A stretch of 64,000 nt of DNA from Isurus oxyrinchus. Its lineage: Eukaryota. The translations under genes and the position numbers were made by a program. The stretch spans positions 6,014,001 through 6,078,000 of the forward strand of contig JANJGN010000041.1 in the NCBI GenBank assembly GCA_026770705.1, read 5' to 3'. Below, piece after piece: positions 50,129-62,959 of this stretch. Numbering within the stretch: position 1 is the first letter of the stretch; every line of letters begins with the position of its first letter. The notes under the pieces are model-generated. The model saw only the letters and a program-made list of their open reading frames with translations, was not told the origin of the DNA and did not search any database.

Positions 50129-51010
50129 ATGTCTACCTGGAAGCAAAACGATAGTTATGATCTCACTAGAATCACATCATCAAATTGCTCTTTCAGTATG
50201 TTTTGCAGTAGGTGTGCCCTTGTGGCTTATAAATATTCCCCACTCAATCTGACAGCAATGCCACTGGTCCAAGTCAGCCGTTAAACTGCTCGTTTGATCA
50301 GCACTGACTGCACCCATTCTGCAGAGCAATTTTGCTTCCCTCTTTTCGCAATGTTTTAGCGATGCATTCACCTGAAATAATCCTGCACAATGCCCAGACA
50401 GCATATCAATCTCACATTACTCAGTCTGCCTTAAAACACATGGCTGATCAGCTCTCATCCCCGAATAAAACTTCTCCCTGGGAACCTGCATAAGATTTGC
50501 ACCTTGTCATTGTACCGCCGCTTTGATGAAGCCTGTGTAAACTGGCATTCGGACTCATCTGTGCTGGTCTTTTAAATAGCTCAGTGACTATTTTCTGTTC
50601 CTGTGTCTTTACCATCCCATCTTAACCCTCAGAAGCGTTTAGAGAATGTTTGTTCCCCTGGGCAATATTTTACTTTCAAGTTGTAACTCCTGTAGCACCG
50701 TAATCCTTCCCAGTACTTATGACATCTTTAGACCACCCAAAACGCATTGCACCACTAGCTCTTCAAAAGCATATCTCTACTTGGCCCAGATTTTATTTTG
50801 TGCATTCATTTCCAACTTCACATTGCACAAACACACATGAATTGGCACTTTACACCTTCCATTTACCTTTTAATATTCACCATGCTCAGACGTTTGTGTG
50901 CATTCAAGTTGTCCAGGGCACATTCACCATCAGCAAAATCAATTGTTATTAAACAATAGTTGTGCAGTCTACGTTGAAGATGTTCCTTCCAAAAAGCGCA
51001 TTATCAACTG
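50129..51010 (+). pseudogene. Candidate ancient, apparently intronless GPR139-like remnant inside the intron of the intact gene
   Basis: AVGVP + 13 aa + CHWSK (same spacing as spliced IGVP..CGLSK), FVPLGNILL (TM5-like), ILFCAFISNFTL (TM6-like), QLLLNNSCAVYV (TM7-like); TATATAA at about 50045. Confidence 0.33.
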
Positions 51011-51188
51011 ATGTTTCCCGTCCCTATCCGAATTCATTAGGTCCATTTTACATTTAGAACCTGCTCACCTCGGAAAGCAGGCTGTGCATAATTGGCTCAA
51101 AGGCAAGATGCTTTGCTGCAACAGGAAGGAAATTAATCATGTTCATCTGTGCCATCTATCTCCTGCTCTCTCTATCCCTTTCTTACAG

Positions 51189-52093
51189 TTAATGTTCTTG
51201 CTATTGTGATTCTTTCCCGGGGAAATTGTGGCCTCTCCAAATGTATTACCCACTATATGATCGCCATGGCCACGGCGGATCTCCTGGTTGTTTGTGCTGA
51301 AGTCATTTTGAAGAATACGCTGAATAATTATTTCCCTGCTTCCTTCTTGACCATGAGCACAGTGTGCCAACTAACTGTGACACTGACTTATGCGGTCACA
51401 TCAGCCTCAGTCTGGTTTACTGTGGTGTTCACCTTTGATCGTTTTGTGGTCATATGTTGTAAGAAACTTCTAAAAAAATATTGCACGGAGATAACCGCAG
51501 TAGCTGTCATATCAGTGGTGAGCATGTTGTGTTTTTTGATAAACATTCCCTGGTACTTTGCATTTGAACCTGCGTATGTAATGGACAATGTAAATCATGG
51601 TTGTGTCCTAAAACAGACATTTTTAATTTCTGCTGAATGGGCCGCATTTGACTTGTTTACCATTACCTTGACCCCATGTGTTCCATTCATTCTAATTTTG
51701 TTGCTAAATGTTTTGACGGCAAGACGTATTTTGGTGGCGAGTAAAGTTCGCAGGAGTCTCTGTAGTTGCAGCAATGGAGAACATCACAAAGATTCTGAAA
51801 TAGAAAACCGAAGAAAGTCCATTATTTTACTGTTCAGTATAACCGGCAGCTTTATACTTCTCTGGACAATTCCAGTTATATACTTTATCTCTCTGCGTGT
51901 ACAAATCATATTGAATTATTGCACAAATGAGCTTGAGGCAGTTGGATCCATGCTTGGGGGCCTCAGTTGCTGCATAAATACATTCATTTACGTTCTGACG
52001 CAGGCTAAGTTTAGGGAGGAGCTGCAGAGCGGAATGCAGTACCTTGTGAAACTGTGTGTAAAAATAGGCAAATCACAGCTGAAATCCCATTGA
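51189..52093 (+). CDS. Intact GPR139/GPR142-like 7TM receptor, coding exon 2 (spliced product 324 aa)
   Basis: Pyrimidine tract + CAG at 51186-51188. Open 905 nt with seven hydrophobic segments: AMATADLL (TM2), TVC and TFDRF (TM3), NIPWYF, ECL2 Cys, PCVPF (TM5), FILLWTIP (TM6), CCINTFIY (TM7), helix 8 KFREEL. 70+905=975 nt. Confidence 0.95.
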
Positions 52094-52295
52094 CATTTAC
52101 AGGAGGACATACGATTTATGCTCTGAATGAACACATGTAAGCAAAACGCCTGTAACAACGTTTAAGCACTCTGGATAGAATAATATCCCTACTAAAAGGG
52201 TTATTTTATAATATAATTTCAGATTGAACTCCTTTTTACAGTATAATGTAATCAATGGCGAATTGTAAGTTGTGATAACAATAATACTAAATAAT

Positions 52296-52301
52296 AATAA
52301 A
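52296..52301 (+). terminator. Candidate polyadenylation signal AATAAA
   Basis: About 200 nt after the receptor stop codon, followed by GT-rich sequence. Confidence 0.45.
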
Positions 52302-53679
52302 AATACTGATCAGCCCCTGTTAGTGTTGCAGAGTTTGAAAAGGTGAATTGTGATGCCAGGTTTTGACAGCCTTATGTTCATTGGAACAGTTGTTCCTTTC
52401 AACAAGAGAACACTCCAAGCATCACCAGCAGGATCACGATAACTCGACAAATGTAACGTAGGCAAAAATGTCACAAATTTCCAACAACGTCTCTTTTGGG
52501 CCAAATAGCACATGGGGGGAATTTACTGTGCAAGTTGCATGAAGTCTGGTACCCTCCAAATACCGGACAGTTGCACAATGAGCTGCTACTCAGCGTTCCA
52601 TATACCTCACATGATTAAAAGAAAGAAGGCCTGGTCATCACGTGTTTTATGAAAGGACGGGCATTGTCACAATTGATCACTCATTCCTAAGATCCACCGT
52701 GCTGAGAGACGACTCCAGATATTGGATTCAGAACGTTTAAATCCGATTTCCCTACGATTCATTTGAAAGAGCAAATAGCTAATACTTATTTTTTTCATGA
52801 TTAATGGGGTTTCTTCCTCCCAGCATGCTAATTCACAAAACTCTCTGTTTCATGTTATCTGGTCCTTTCACACAAACAGCCACCAAATGGCTGTGATCAT
52901 AATTCTCCAATGTTTTAACATGATTCACGACATATCCACTCATCAAGCGAGTGACACTTCAACTAGTTATCTGAATTCCCAGCCAAGAAACCTCTGACCA
53001 CACATCGGCCTACCTTCAACTTCCGTCTTTTTATAGCTGCGCATATTGAATGTGAAAAGTTGTAATATATTTCCTCTCGTCGCATATTCTTATAATTTAC
53101 TGAAATTAAATGCCGTTCGTAGAATGCAACCACAGTTGGGTTACAGCACAGAAACAGATCATTTGGCCTTTCATTTCCTTATTGTCTCTTTGAAGGAATT
53201 TGCAGCCGGCAGCCACTCCTGCGGCTTTTCCCTGTTATCTGGGTCAATCGATTTTCTCAGATATTAATCCAAAATCGTCTTGATGATTTCTAATTAACGA
53301 CTCTAACCGCCCGGTAAAATGATTGGCTAGAACAACTGCCGATTAAATTGAATACTACAATAGCTGTCCTTGAATAAATTCAGGGTAAAAACAAGACAAA
53401 TTCGGTGATGGCATGAGGGACATACTTGACAAAACATTCAATTATTACCATTCTTTAATTGCTGTTACAGCAAAGCATACATGATCAGTGTTTACGAGCA
53501 TCTACAGTGTTTCTGATGTTTTTGCACTGGCTGCTTAGGCATGAATTACTAATTGCCCAGACCGCCGGATCAGCTAGCCCTCTTTTCTAAATGTTGGCTC
53601 TGGATTTTCGGCCCCTGCACTTTCTCAGTATACACCCCAACTGCTAAGCTCCCTGTCCTTGTAATTCCTGAGGCAACCT

Positions 53680-54630
53680 GAGTTCCTCAAGGTAGCGTCT
53701 GAAGCTCAACCATGTTTAGTTCCCTCATCAATCACCTTCTCTCCAGTTTAAGGTCAGAAATGGGGATGTTCCCTGATGATTACTCACTGTTCAACCCAAT
53801 CCGTGACTCCTGATGTAATGAGGATGACCAGGGCCAAATGCAGCATGTTCAGGCTCTTGATGACAAGTGGGAAAGGACATTCACACCATACAAATACCAG
53901 GCAATGACTATCTCCAACTGAGAAAAGCAAACCATGTCCCGTTAACATTCAGTGGCATTACTAATGCCGAAGTTTGCACTTTCAGCATTGTAACGGTTAA
54001 TATTGACCAGAAGCAGAACTGGAATAGCCATATAAACACAACATCTACAATTGCAGTTCAGAGGCATAGAATACTGCGGCGATTAACACAACTCTTGATT
54101 CCCCAATTCCTTTCCACCTTCAATAAGGCACAAGATAGGAATGTGATGGTATACTCTCCACCTTCTTGGGTGCGCGCAGCTCCAGTAGCAGTCAAGAAGC
54201 ATGATAGCATCTGGGGTAAATCAGCCATTGATTGACAGCAAGGCAATAAACGTTGACCCATCCACCACCGACGAACAATAGCAGCAGTGTGTGCTATCAG
54301 CCAGGCGAACTACATGAATTATCGGAGTCATCTTAGGAATTACAATGCAAAACAACGACCGCAACCATCCAGACGGATAATGGGCAGCTGGTGCATGGGA
54401 CCACAACGATCTGGAAGTTCCACTCCAAGCTAGTCACCAGCCTGACTTCAAAATATATCCCTGTTCCATCATTGCCATTGGGTCACATTCCAGGTACTCC
54501 CTCCCTTTGATCTCTATTTGTGCAGGGTTACCTCCTGCGATTCAAGAAGGCAGCTCACCTCCACCTTCTCAAGGGTACCTGAGTCTGGGCAATAACTGCT
54601 GTGCGAGTGCTTGACGCTAAAACCCCCTTA
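53680..54630 (+). mobile_element. CR1/L2-clade LINE RT C-terminus and tail
   Basis: 'VPQGSV', 'SEMGMFPDD', ORF 53867-54235 'FLSTFNKAQDRNVMVYSP.SW..AAP'; family tail. Confidence 0.85.
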
Positions 54631-55189
54631 ATTTATAATAATAAAATGTCAGTGTCTCTGTGGCTGCACAGGTACTGCGCTTCCCATTTCTCCAGTCTGA
54701 CAGCTCTGTTCAACTATCACCAAATCACTTACCTAGATAATACTCCCTGCTTCTTACAAAACTATGTTCTAGCTATTTTGTTCCCGTATTTTTATGCATC
54801 TCTGCTTTGGGATAAGATCTCCTTTTACTTTCCAGTCTGTGATTTGATTATTTGGCTCCCACTATTTTTAACTCTCTTATGGCGGAGCAGCCCCTTTCTA
54901 TTCCGTGCTTTGAATACCTCGTTGAAGCTCTTTTTAAATCTCTTCTGTGGCAGCTCGTCTCCCGCTCCTTTTCACTTCCTGCCCTGGTGCATCAAATCCC
55001 CCTATTTGAAAATGTCACCTGTTCATGCTCAGCTCCCCGCTCTCTGTAATTCTCTGCTCTCACTATTCAGCTGCAGCCGTAAAGCAATAATGAAACCCGC
55101 CTTGACTGCCAAGAGTATAGCCAGGAATAGGAGACTGTTGAGGTTAATTAAGAATGATCATTAGTTTCTTACACCATGCCTTAAAATAA

Positions 55190-55800
55190 GAAGATTGTTG
55201 TACAAACTAGTTGCAATTCGATATTACAAAAGAGAAGATTGTTGAAGAGAATACATGGCAAGTGGATTTTGAGATACTAATTGACAACTTATCGCAGATA
55301 ACGTTGCTTACGAATATTTAGCCTCATTAAAGAGGACAGAGGCACGGGTTGTAGGAGGGAGAGAGGTTGCTTTTCAATTGCATCAATTTCGGTAATGCGC
55401 AGAAAACGGAAACTGTTTGTTATCGTTTTGTTTCAGTCTGCATGATGGTAGCCAGTAGTGTTCCTTACGAATCTGGGTTTGTTATATTTTTGCTCGATGT
55501 AAACCAGTTGTATCTTGGAATACAGCACAACGTCTCAAAATGTGTTCGTGCTGCACGCATGGTAGGCTGGAAGTTAACCTGTCAGTATGATACGACGCCA
55601 TTGCAATAGGACATGGAGTGGCGAGCAGACTTGGCAGGGGATTAGCAGAGGCAATTTATCGTATTGCAATGTAATATCATACAATTTGGTAGAAAGGGTA
55701 GTCATGGGAAATAGAAACAGAATGTCACAGTCCTAAAAGATGGGATACAATGGAGGGACCAAGGTGCATACGCTTCAATTTTAGAGTGTGGTAGACAGAG
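55190..55800 (+). mobile_element. Old CR1 RT fragment
   Basis: 'VASSVPYESGFVIFLLDVNQLYLG...VSKC' resembles V.SGVPQGSVLGP.LF.I.INDLD. Confidence 0.5.
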
Positions 55801-57079
55801 GCGGGCCTCGGGTATGGAAAATTGTGGTCACCGCACCTGGCAGCGCACTTTGAGGGTGGGATGTGGATTGTGATTGCGGGCGACCTTTCATTTCTCAGTA
55901 AGTTAGAATGTAATTGACACAAATCAGCAGGCTTATTTGTATTTAGTATTCAATGGATGGCACGAGCAGAGATAGAGAATACGGGGGAAATATTGCTCGC
56001 GTTTGAAGAAAATACAGAAAAAAAACGAGGGAATGATAAGACCCTGAAATGTTCTCTGGAAAATTAGAAAACGTTTAAAAGGTTTTCCGCAAATCCGCAA
56101 AATATTGAATTAATGCACTCCAGCGAATGTACCACCGAGGCTGAGAGATTGGAAGTTAGTGCAAAACGTACACAGGTTGATGAAATAGGGAATTCTTCTG
56201 ACATGCTTCCCACTGAAGAAGTAATATATGGTTCAGAACATTCGCCAGAATTATTCACCAAGAAGAAGATGGACATTGCATTGAGGAGGGGTTCTGTGAA
56301 AATAATTGGCAGTGCCTGTAACTTTCCACCGATGATAAGACCGAATCTTTTCAGAAGACTTAAGCTCACGGGAAATGCCAAACGGGGAAAGGGTTGAAAC
56401 AAGTTGCCTGGTGTACACGAAAAAACGCTGATGTGGCTTTTTGATCCTGCTGCAAATTGTATGGCTCAGAAACCGCACGGAGATTATGAAATAAATGTTG
56501 CAGTGCTTGGAAACATCTCAATGCGAGATTACAGTGTCATCGAATTATCAAAGGACCATATTCAAAACGCAACAAATTCGTTGATATAAAGTGAATGTTC
56601 CCTGACATGAAGGCACTGGATGGGTTAGCACAGAGATAAATAAACAAGGTGAAGTAAAAATAATGACAGACAACGTTGATAGGTATTATCGCAGCCATTC
56701 AGAGGTAATTGATCATAACTCAGAATAGCGCTGAAGTCATGCAATAGTTTATGAACAGAATAATGAATCCTTTCTAGGCTTATTTGGCGGTACAGCGAAA
56801 ATCGACCCTCCAATGCAATGATATGTCCCATGCATCAAAAAACAATACACTCCTGACCATTTAATTGGACCTCATATTCAAATTGATCTAATGTCGATGC
56901 TGGCGTTTCAGGTGAAGAAATTAAACGTTATTGTAAAGGTGAAGGCTGCAATAAACATTGCGCTTTTCTTGACAGGACCCCTGGCCTGAGTGATGAAGAT
57001 CAGATATTCTTTGTGCTTCGTTTGGTTGATCTTTTTCTGAAGATGTGAATCAAAGGGAGGTTTTGAATCATTTTCTACT

Positions 57080-58630
57080 GATCCAAGAGAAAATCTGGCA
57101 AGGCCTGTCTGATTCTGTGAATGATGCGCCAGATGGAAGGCGCTGAACATCTGGATTCTGCAAGACGATGGGTACCGAGAATATTCCGGCAATTGTCAAC
57201 CCGATAGTGCCCTGTGTCATAACCATGCTGCTCCAGTACAGATTCTAAACAGGCATCTACCCAAATATGTGAAAAATCGCCTAGGGACGTGATACAGAAA
57301 CACGCAGCACAAACCCAAGCCATTGATTAACAGTCGCATCAGCCAACCTTTCATCATCAGGAAAGTAATTGAAGGGTTCATCAAGCGGCTTCTAATCAGC
57401 AGTACTCTGCTCACTGAGGCTCCATTTGGATTCCACATGGCTCATTCATTTCCCAGTAGCATCACAGCCATCGTCCAATCATGGAGACAAGAGCTGAACT
57501 CCAGATGTGACATGACAGTGACCGCACTTAATATCCAGTTAGCACGTGATCCGATGTGGCATCAAGGCACCCTGAAATAACTAGAGTCAATGCGAATCAA
57601 CGGGAAAACTTTAAGTCCGATGGAGTTTTCTCTGGTACAAATGAATATGGTAGTGTTATTTGAAAGGCATTCATTTCTGTCACTGCAGGGGATGCTCAGG
57701 ATTGTGGCTAGTCTTCAGTACCTTCAGCTGCTTCATCTCTCACCTTTCTTCCAACATAAGTTCGGACGTGGGGATGTTCGATGACGATTGCTCAATGGAG
57801 AGAACATTTGCAACTCTTCAAATACTGAGCCGTCTGTGCCAAAATATAGGAATGTGTGGACATTATCCACGCTTGGGGAGAGAAGTGTCAAGTAACGTTC
57901 ACTCCACATGAGTAATAAGCAATGTTTATCTCCAAAAAAAAATATATAACCGTTGTCCCTTGGCATTCAATGATATTTTGATTTCTGAAACCCCCGCTAT
58001 CTTCATCCTAGGAACAACTGCTGATCATTACCTGAACTGGACTAGCCATACTAATACTGTGGCTGCAAGAGCAGGCCAGCGGCTGGGAAAACTGGTTTGA
58101 GTAACTCACGCCCTGTCTTCTCAAGGCTTGGCCACCATCTAAAATGCACAAGTCAGGAGTTCCCAGACCAATGCTGTTCGAACAGCGATCTGGAATCTCA
58201 AAAACACCCACGTTTAAGTTTGATTGGCAGTCCTTCAACAAATGTGCGCTCCATCCACCACCGACAGCGACGGCAGTGCGCAGCAGCTACAATATTTTCC
58301 TCAGGAGCTCACCACTCTACCTCAGACAGTCCATCCCAAATCCAGAACAGCTACCATCTAGCAGGACAAGAACAGCAGGCACATGGGAACACCAGCACTT
58401 GCAAGTTTTTCACCCCGCCACTCGCCATCCAGGCTTGGGGCTATCACCATTCCTTCATTGACACTGGATCAGACTCTGCAGCAACCTCCCTAACTGAACT
58501 GTGGGTTTATCTGCACCACATACACAGACATGGCTCAAGAATGTAGCTCCCCACCAGCTTCTCAAGGGCAATTAGGAGAGGCAGAAAATGCCTGCCTCGC
58601 CAGTGATGCAAATATCCCGTAAAAGAATAA
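57080..58630 (+). mobile_element. CR1/L2-clade LINE RT half and tail
   Basis: RISQPFIIRKVIEGFI..LLTEAPFGF, ALNI..A.DPMWHQG, SDVGMFDDDCSM; tail 'ttctcaagggcaattagg'. Confidence 0.85.
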
Positions 58631-59379
58631 TAACAATAGAGACATGTTCATAAGGTGAGTTTTTTTTTTCCAACTTTCTGTCACTATGTGGCATTCAGTT
58701 AGTGAACAATAAAGGCTATGTCATGGAATTTATTCAATGTAGAGATAGAAAGATCTTTGGTAGAGCAGGGAGTTAAGCGTTATGGACTTTGTCGAAAGTT
58801 GGAGTACAGAGAGCTTGCAGGTCAATCATGATCTTAATGAATAGTGGAGCAAGACCAAAGTGCCAATTGACCTACTCCAGCTGCTTAACGCTATATTCAA
58901 ATCTTACTTTTTCCATCAGTATAAACAATATGTATATTTTTTTACTCCTCTACTCCAATCCTCTTACAAATAATCTCAACGTTTCATCTGCCCGCTTAAC
59001 TGATTTCTTTACACGCAAGCCCTCACGTTTTACACATTTTAATATATTATAATCTGCTTTCATAATATTAGGGCAGAAGTCAACGACTTCATACTTCGAC
59101 AAATGACACTTCATCTAACATCACACAGACAGCTCACTTCATCATTCTGTATTTCTCTGCAACCTTTCATTTCTCCCCCTCAGGTTACTGTTCTGCATGG
59201 ATCGATATTATCAGCAAAGTTGGATAATGCTTTTTCTCTTGTCTTGTCATTAAGATTGATTTTAAGAGCTATTCCGCACCTTTCAGCCATTTACACAGGA
59301 ACAGGAAAAGGTAATTCTGAACGTCCGGCATTTTAAATTGACATGGAGTTGGCATTCAATGTCTTGAGCCAGTTTAGCA

Positions 59380-60720
59380 GAAATAGATGAAGGCTATTCA
59401 TTCCTTCTTGTGTTTGCTACAGACGAGAGGTATAACGCATTCAGCCTCTGTCGATCCTATTACACAGCAAATATTTTGCGAAGCAATAATCATTCTATCT
59501 CCTTATTCAAAATAATCAGCGATCGCTCCTCCACCACCACCTGAGGCTGACAGTTGTTTAATGGAACATCCCACTGAGAGAGAAAAATAATTCTCCACAC
59601 ATCTGTCCTAAAAGTGCGAGCACTAAATTTTAAAACGGTGCTCTCCAGTTCTGGACTCAACACCACCCGCCCCACCACCCACCACCCGCCACCCCCCCCC
59701 CCCCCCCACCCCCGCACCTCGCAAGTTGAAACACCATTTGCACGTCCACCTTGTCAAAACCATTCAACCTCTTGCACACCTCAATGAAGTCACTACTTAA
59801 CCTTCAAAACTCCAATAGCAACAAACCTAGCCTTTCCATCCTACACTCAGAAGACAAACCATTCATTCCAGGTATAAATCTAGTGAAACTCCTTTGAACA
59901 GTGTCTAATGCATGAACACCCATCCTTAAATAAGCAGATCAAAACTGCAAACAGTATTCTAGTTGTGATCTTAAAAAGGGCCCGTCTGACTGAAGCATCG
60001 CATTCCAATTCTTATGTTCAATTCGTCCCGTAATCGATGATAGCATTCCAACACCCTTCTTAATTAATAGTTCTACCTGTAAATCAACATTTTGCGACTC
60101 ATGCACTGGAACAACTAGATCCCTCTAAACCTCGGAATTCCGCAGTCCTGATCCATTGAAGTAACGCTCTGCTCTAATATTGTTCCTGCCAAAGTGAGCA
60201 ACTTCACATTTTCTCACATTAAACACCAACGTCGAGGTTGTTTTTCCAACTCACTCAGCCTATCTCTCTCCTTCTGCAACCACCTTGTGTCCACTTCACA
60301 ACACAGTATACTGCCTACCATCGTGTCACATGCATTTTTATTGCCATCTTTGCTACCATTTTGTAACTCATTGATATGAATTGTGAACGGAAAATGCCAG
60401 AGCACCGACTCCTGCGGGACTCCACTCGTTACATCCTGACTATCAGAAAATGTCCCATTTCTGAGTCCTATTTCTTTCTGCCAGCCAGGCAATATTCTAT
60501 TCAGCTCAAATACTATCCCCTGAGCCACGGGTTTTCATTTCCTGCAATACGCTTTGAGGTGGAACCTAATCAAATGCCTCCTAGACTTCCTAGTACAGCA
60601 CCTCTACAAGCGTCTTTGTATCCAGGGCACAATTTACCCCTTCAATGAACTCCAATGAATTGGTTAGACATGATTTCCTTTTCATGAAGCCTTGCTGACA
60701 CTTCCCCATTAACTTCTGAT
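59380..60720 (-). mobile_element. CR1 LINE RT C-terminal half
   Basis: ORF 60214-60528 'NGTFSDSQDVTSGVPQESVL..FTIHINEL'; 'SQQGFMKRKSCLTNSLEF' near 60680. Confidence 0.88.
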
Positions 60721-60799
60721 TTTGTAAGACTGAATGTCAGTATTCTGGTTGCTGTTGAAATTATTGTTTTTCCTTTAATTGGCCCTTTGTTTAAAAAAA

Positions 60800-61335
60800 T
60801 CTTTTGCGGTTTTCAACGTTGAAGTCGTCGTTGAATTTGTTTTTGTTTTAGCAGCTTCGTGTTGCTGTATTTGTTAGTGCTTTTACAGGTTGAGGCTGTG
60901 TGTGTTTTCTTTCAATGTCCAAATTGTTTCTGTTTTTCAACGTTAAGGTAATTGTTGAGGTGGTTGGTGTTTTCAATGTAGAAGCTGTTCTTGAACTTGT
61001 TATTGTATTTCAATGTTGAAGTTGTTAAATTTGAAATCTTGTTTTAATGTTGAGGACGTTGTTTATATTGTTGGTTTGTTAATTATTGAGGTTATGTTTG
61101 AAAATTTTGGCATTTTTAGTTAATGCCTTTTTTGCTGAACTTGGTGTTTCTCGGGTTTGTTGCTGAATTTGTTGGTGTTGTTCAATGCTGAGGTTGTTGC
61201 ATTTTATGTTTTTATCAATATTGAGGTGGTCCTTGTGATTGTTGTTCATTTTCAATGGCGAGGGTGTTTCCGAATTTGCTGGGTTATTTCAATGTTGAAG
61301 TGGTTGTTGAATTTGTTGATTTAAATTGTTGTAAT
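60800..61335. repeat. Degenerate TG-rich minisatellite, unit about 33 nt (GTTGTTGAATTTGTTGGTGTTTTCAATGTTGAG-like)
   Basis: Recurrent 'ttcaatgttga' and 'gaatttgtt'. Confidence 0.75.
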
Positions 61336-61354
61336 ACTCTAGTAACATGCATGC

Positions 61355-61700
61355 AGTAACTGAGGGGAGTGGAATATAGTGATTGAGGAGTGTTGGATGT
61401 CGTAACTGAGGATAGTGGGATGAAGTGATTGAGGCGAGTGGGATGCAAAAATCGAGGGGATTGGGATGTAGTAACTGAATGGTGTGGGATGTAGCGACTG
61501 AGTGGAGTGGGTTATAGCTGCTCAGGGTAGTGGGATTATGTGACTGAGGGGAGTGGGATGTAATAACTGAGGGGAGAGTGATGCATGACTGAGAGGTGTC
61601 GGACGCAGTACCTGAGGGGAGAGGATTGCAGTACTTAAGGGAGTAGGATGTTGAGTCTGTGAAGCTTCGCAATGAGTCAGTTTGGGTAGTGGAATGTGTT
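61355..61700. repeat. Minisatellite GTGGGATGTAGTGACTGAGGGGA-like (reverse complement of 2995-3375)
   Basis: Recurrent 'actgagggga' and 'gggatgt' at about 23 nt spacing. Confidence 0.8.
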
Positions 61701-62156
61701 AACTGAAGTTGTAGCCTTTACTTAGGTCACAGTCTGTGTTCACAGGGGAAAGATTCATCAGATAGAAACATATATTACAAACACTGCTGTGTGACGTTCT
61801 CTAGACACTTCTGCCGAATAAGGTTGAGTTGTTCAATGGGATCCCCATATTGCTCCTTTTCTCTCACCCTTTATTTCATATCCAGGGACATTGACAACTA
61901 AGAAACCTGAAGAAAGCTCTATCACAGCATCCACTCAGAGAATATTCTATATCTCACCTGTGTCTCCAGCCTCAGCTATCTGCCCTGTGGCGTACTTTAT
62001 AAGCTGATGCTTCACTCATTGTGACTTCAAAATGACTCAGACCCAGAGATTCGCCCTATTGACGATTTGGGATGCAGTGAATGAAGGCTGCTTGATTTTG
62101 AGTAGAGTCGCAGGAGTGAACTGATGAACTTTTAGTGAAATAATAACATGTTTATC

Positions 62157-62160
<4 letters not shown>

Positions 62161-62218
<58 letters not shown>

Positions 62219-62230
62219 TAGATAGATAGA
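62161..62230. repeat. (TA)n followed by (GATA)n
   Basis: Direct reading. Confidence 0.95.
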
Positions 62231-62959
62231 TTTGAAAGGATAACACAAGGTTAAAAACTGTGCCATACTCGAATGTTCACAGTATGTTTACAGTCCATGT
62301 AAAAGTATGACACCCTGTGATTATGTAATCCACACCTTGACATAAAGTGACAGCTGCCACCTCAAACAGATGCTATAGATTTCTCATTAACTCCTTCAAG
62401 ACACCTGTCACACTGGGACCTACACGTTTGACCACACTCTGTCTTTCATATGAGGAATTTCATTCTCCACTCTCCAAGTCCTCACCTTGGAATCTTCTCC
62501 TAAACCGGTGCTTACTCCCAGGCGCCTTTCACAATGCTTCACCTGCGGGTTTCAAAATCTCTTCCTTATGTTCTTCTTCCCAGAGCCGCCACATGAATCC
62601 AAGCTGCCTTCCATGTGTTCTCTCTCACCAAATCAGCTGTGACAGTACAGTAACTGCACATGTCCTAGCAAAGAGTTGCAGACCTTCAGCCATGTTTTCA
62701 GTCATTGTCGCCTTTTATAAGAACTTCTGGCTTTAAATCTGATTTCTGCAGCTTTTGTGTCATTAACAATGAAGCCTGAATACATTCGCTCTGCCCCTCA
62801 CCCTTACCTTCATTAATATAATCCATTCCAGGTTCCTGCTCTTCATTCACCCAGAAGGTCTTCATTGGAATTTATTCTGTTCCACCTGCCTGGATGTTGT
62901 CGTTTTCACTTTAGCTTTGGGTTGTTTATTTGTTCCCTTTTCACCAATCGATTACCAGA

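Noticed and set aside
51149-51188. N-terminal 'MPSISCSLYPFLT' of the 314-aa ORF
   Set aside because: Starts at GTG and is the intron polypyrimidine tract; the real N-terminus comes from exon 42425-42494.
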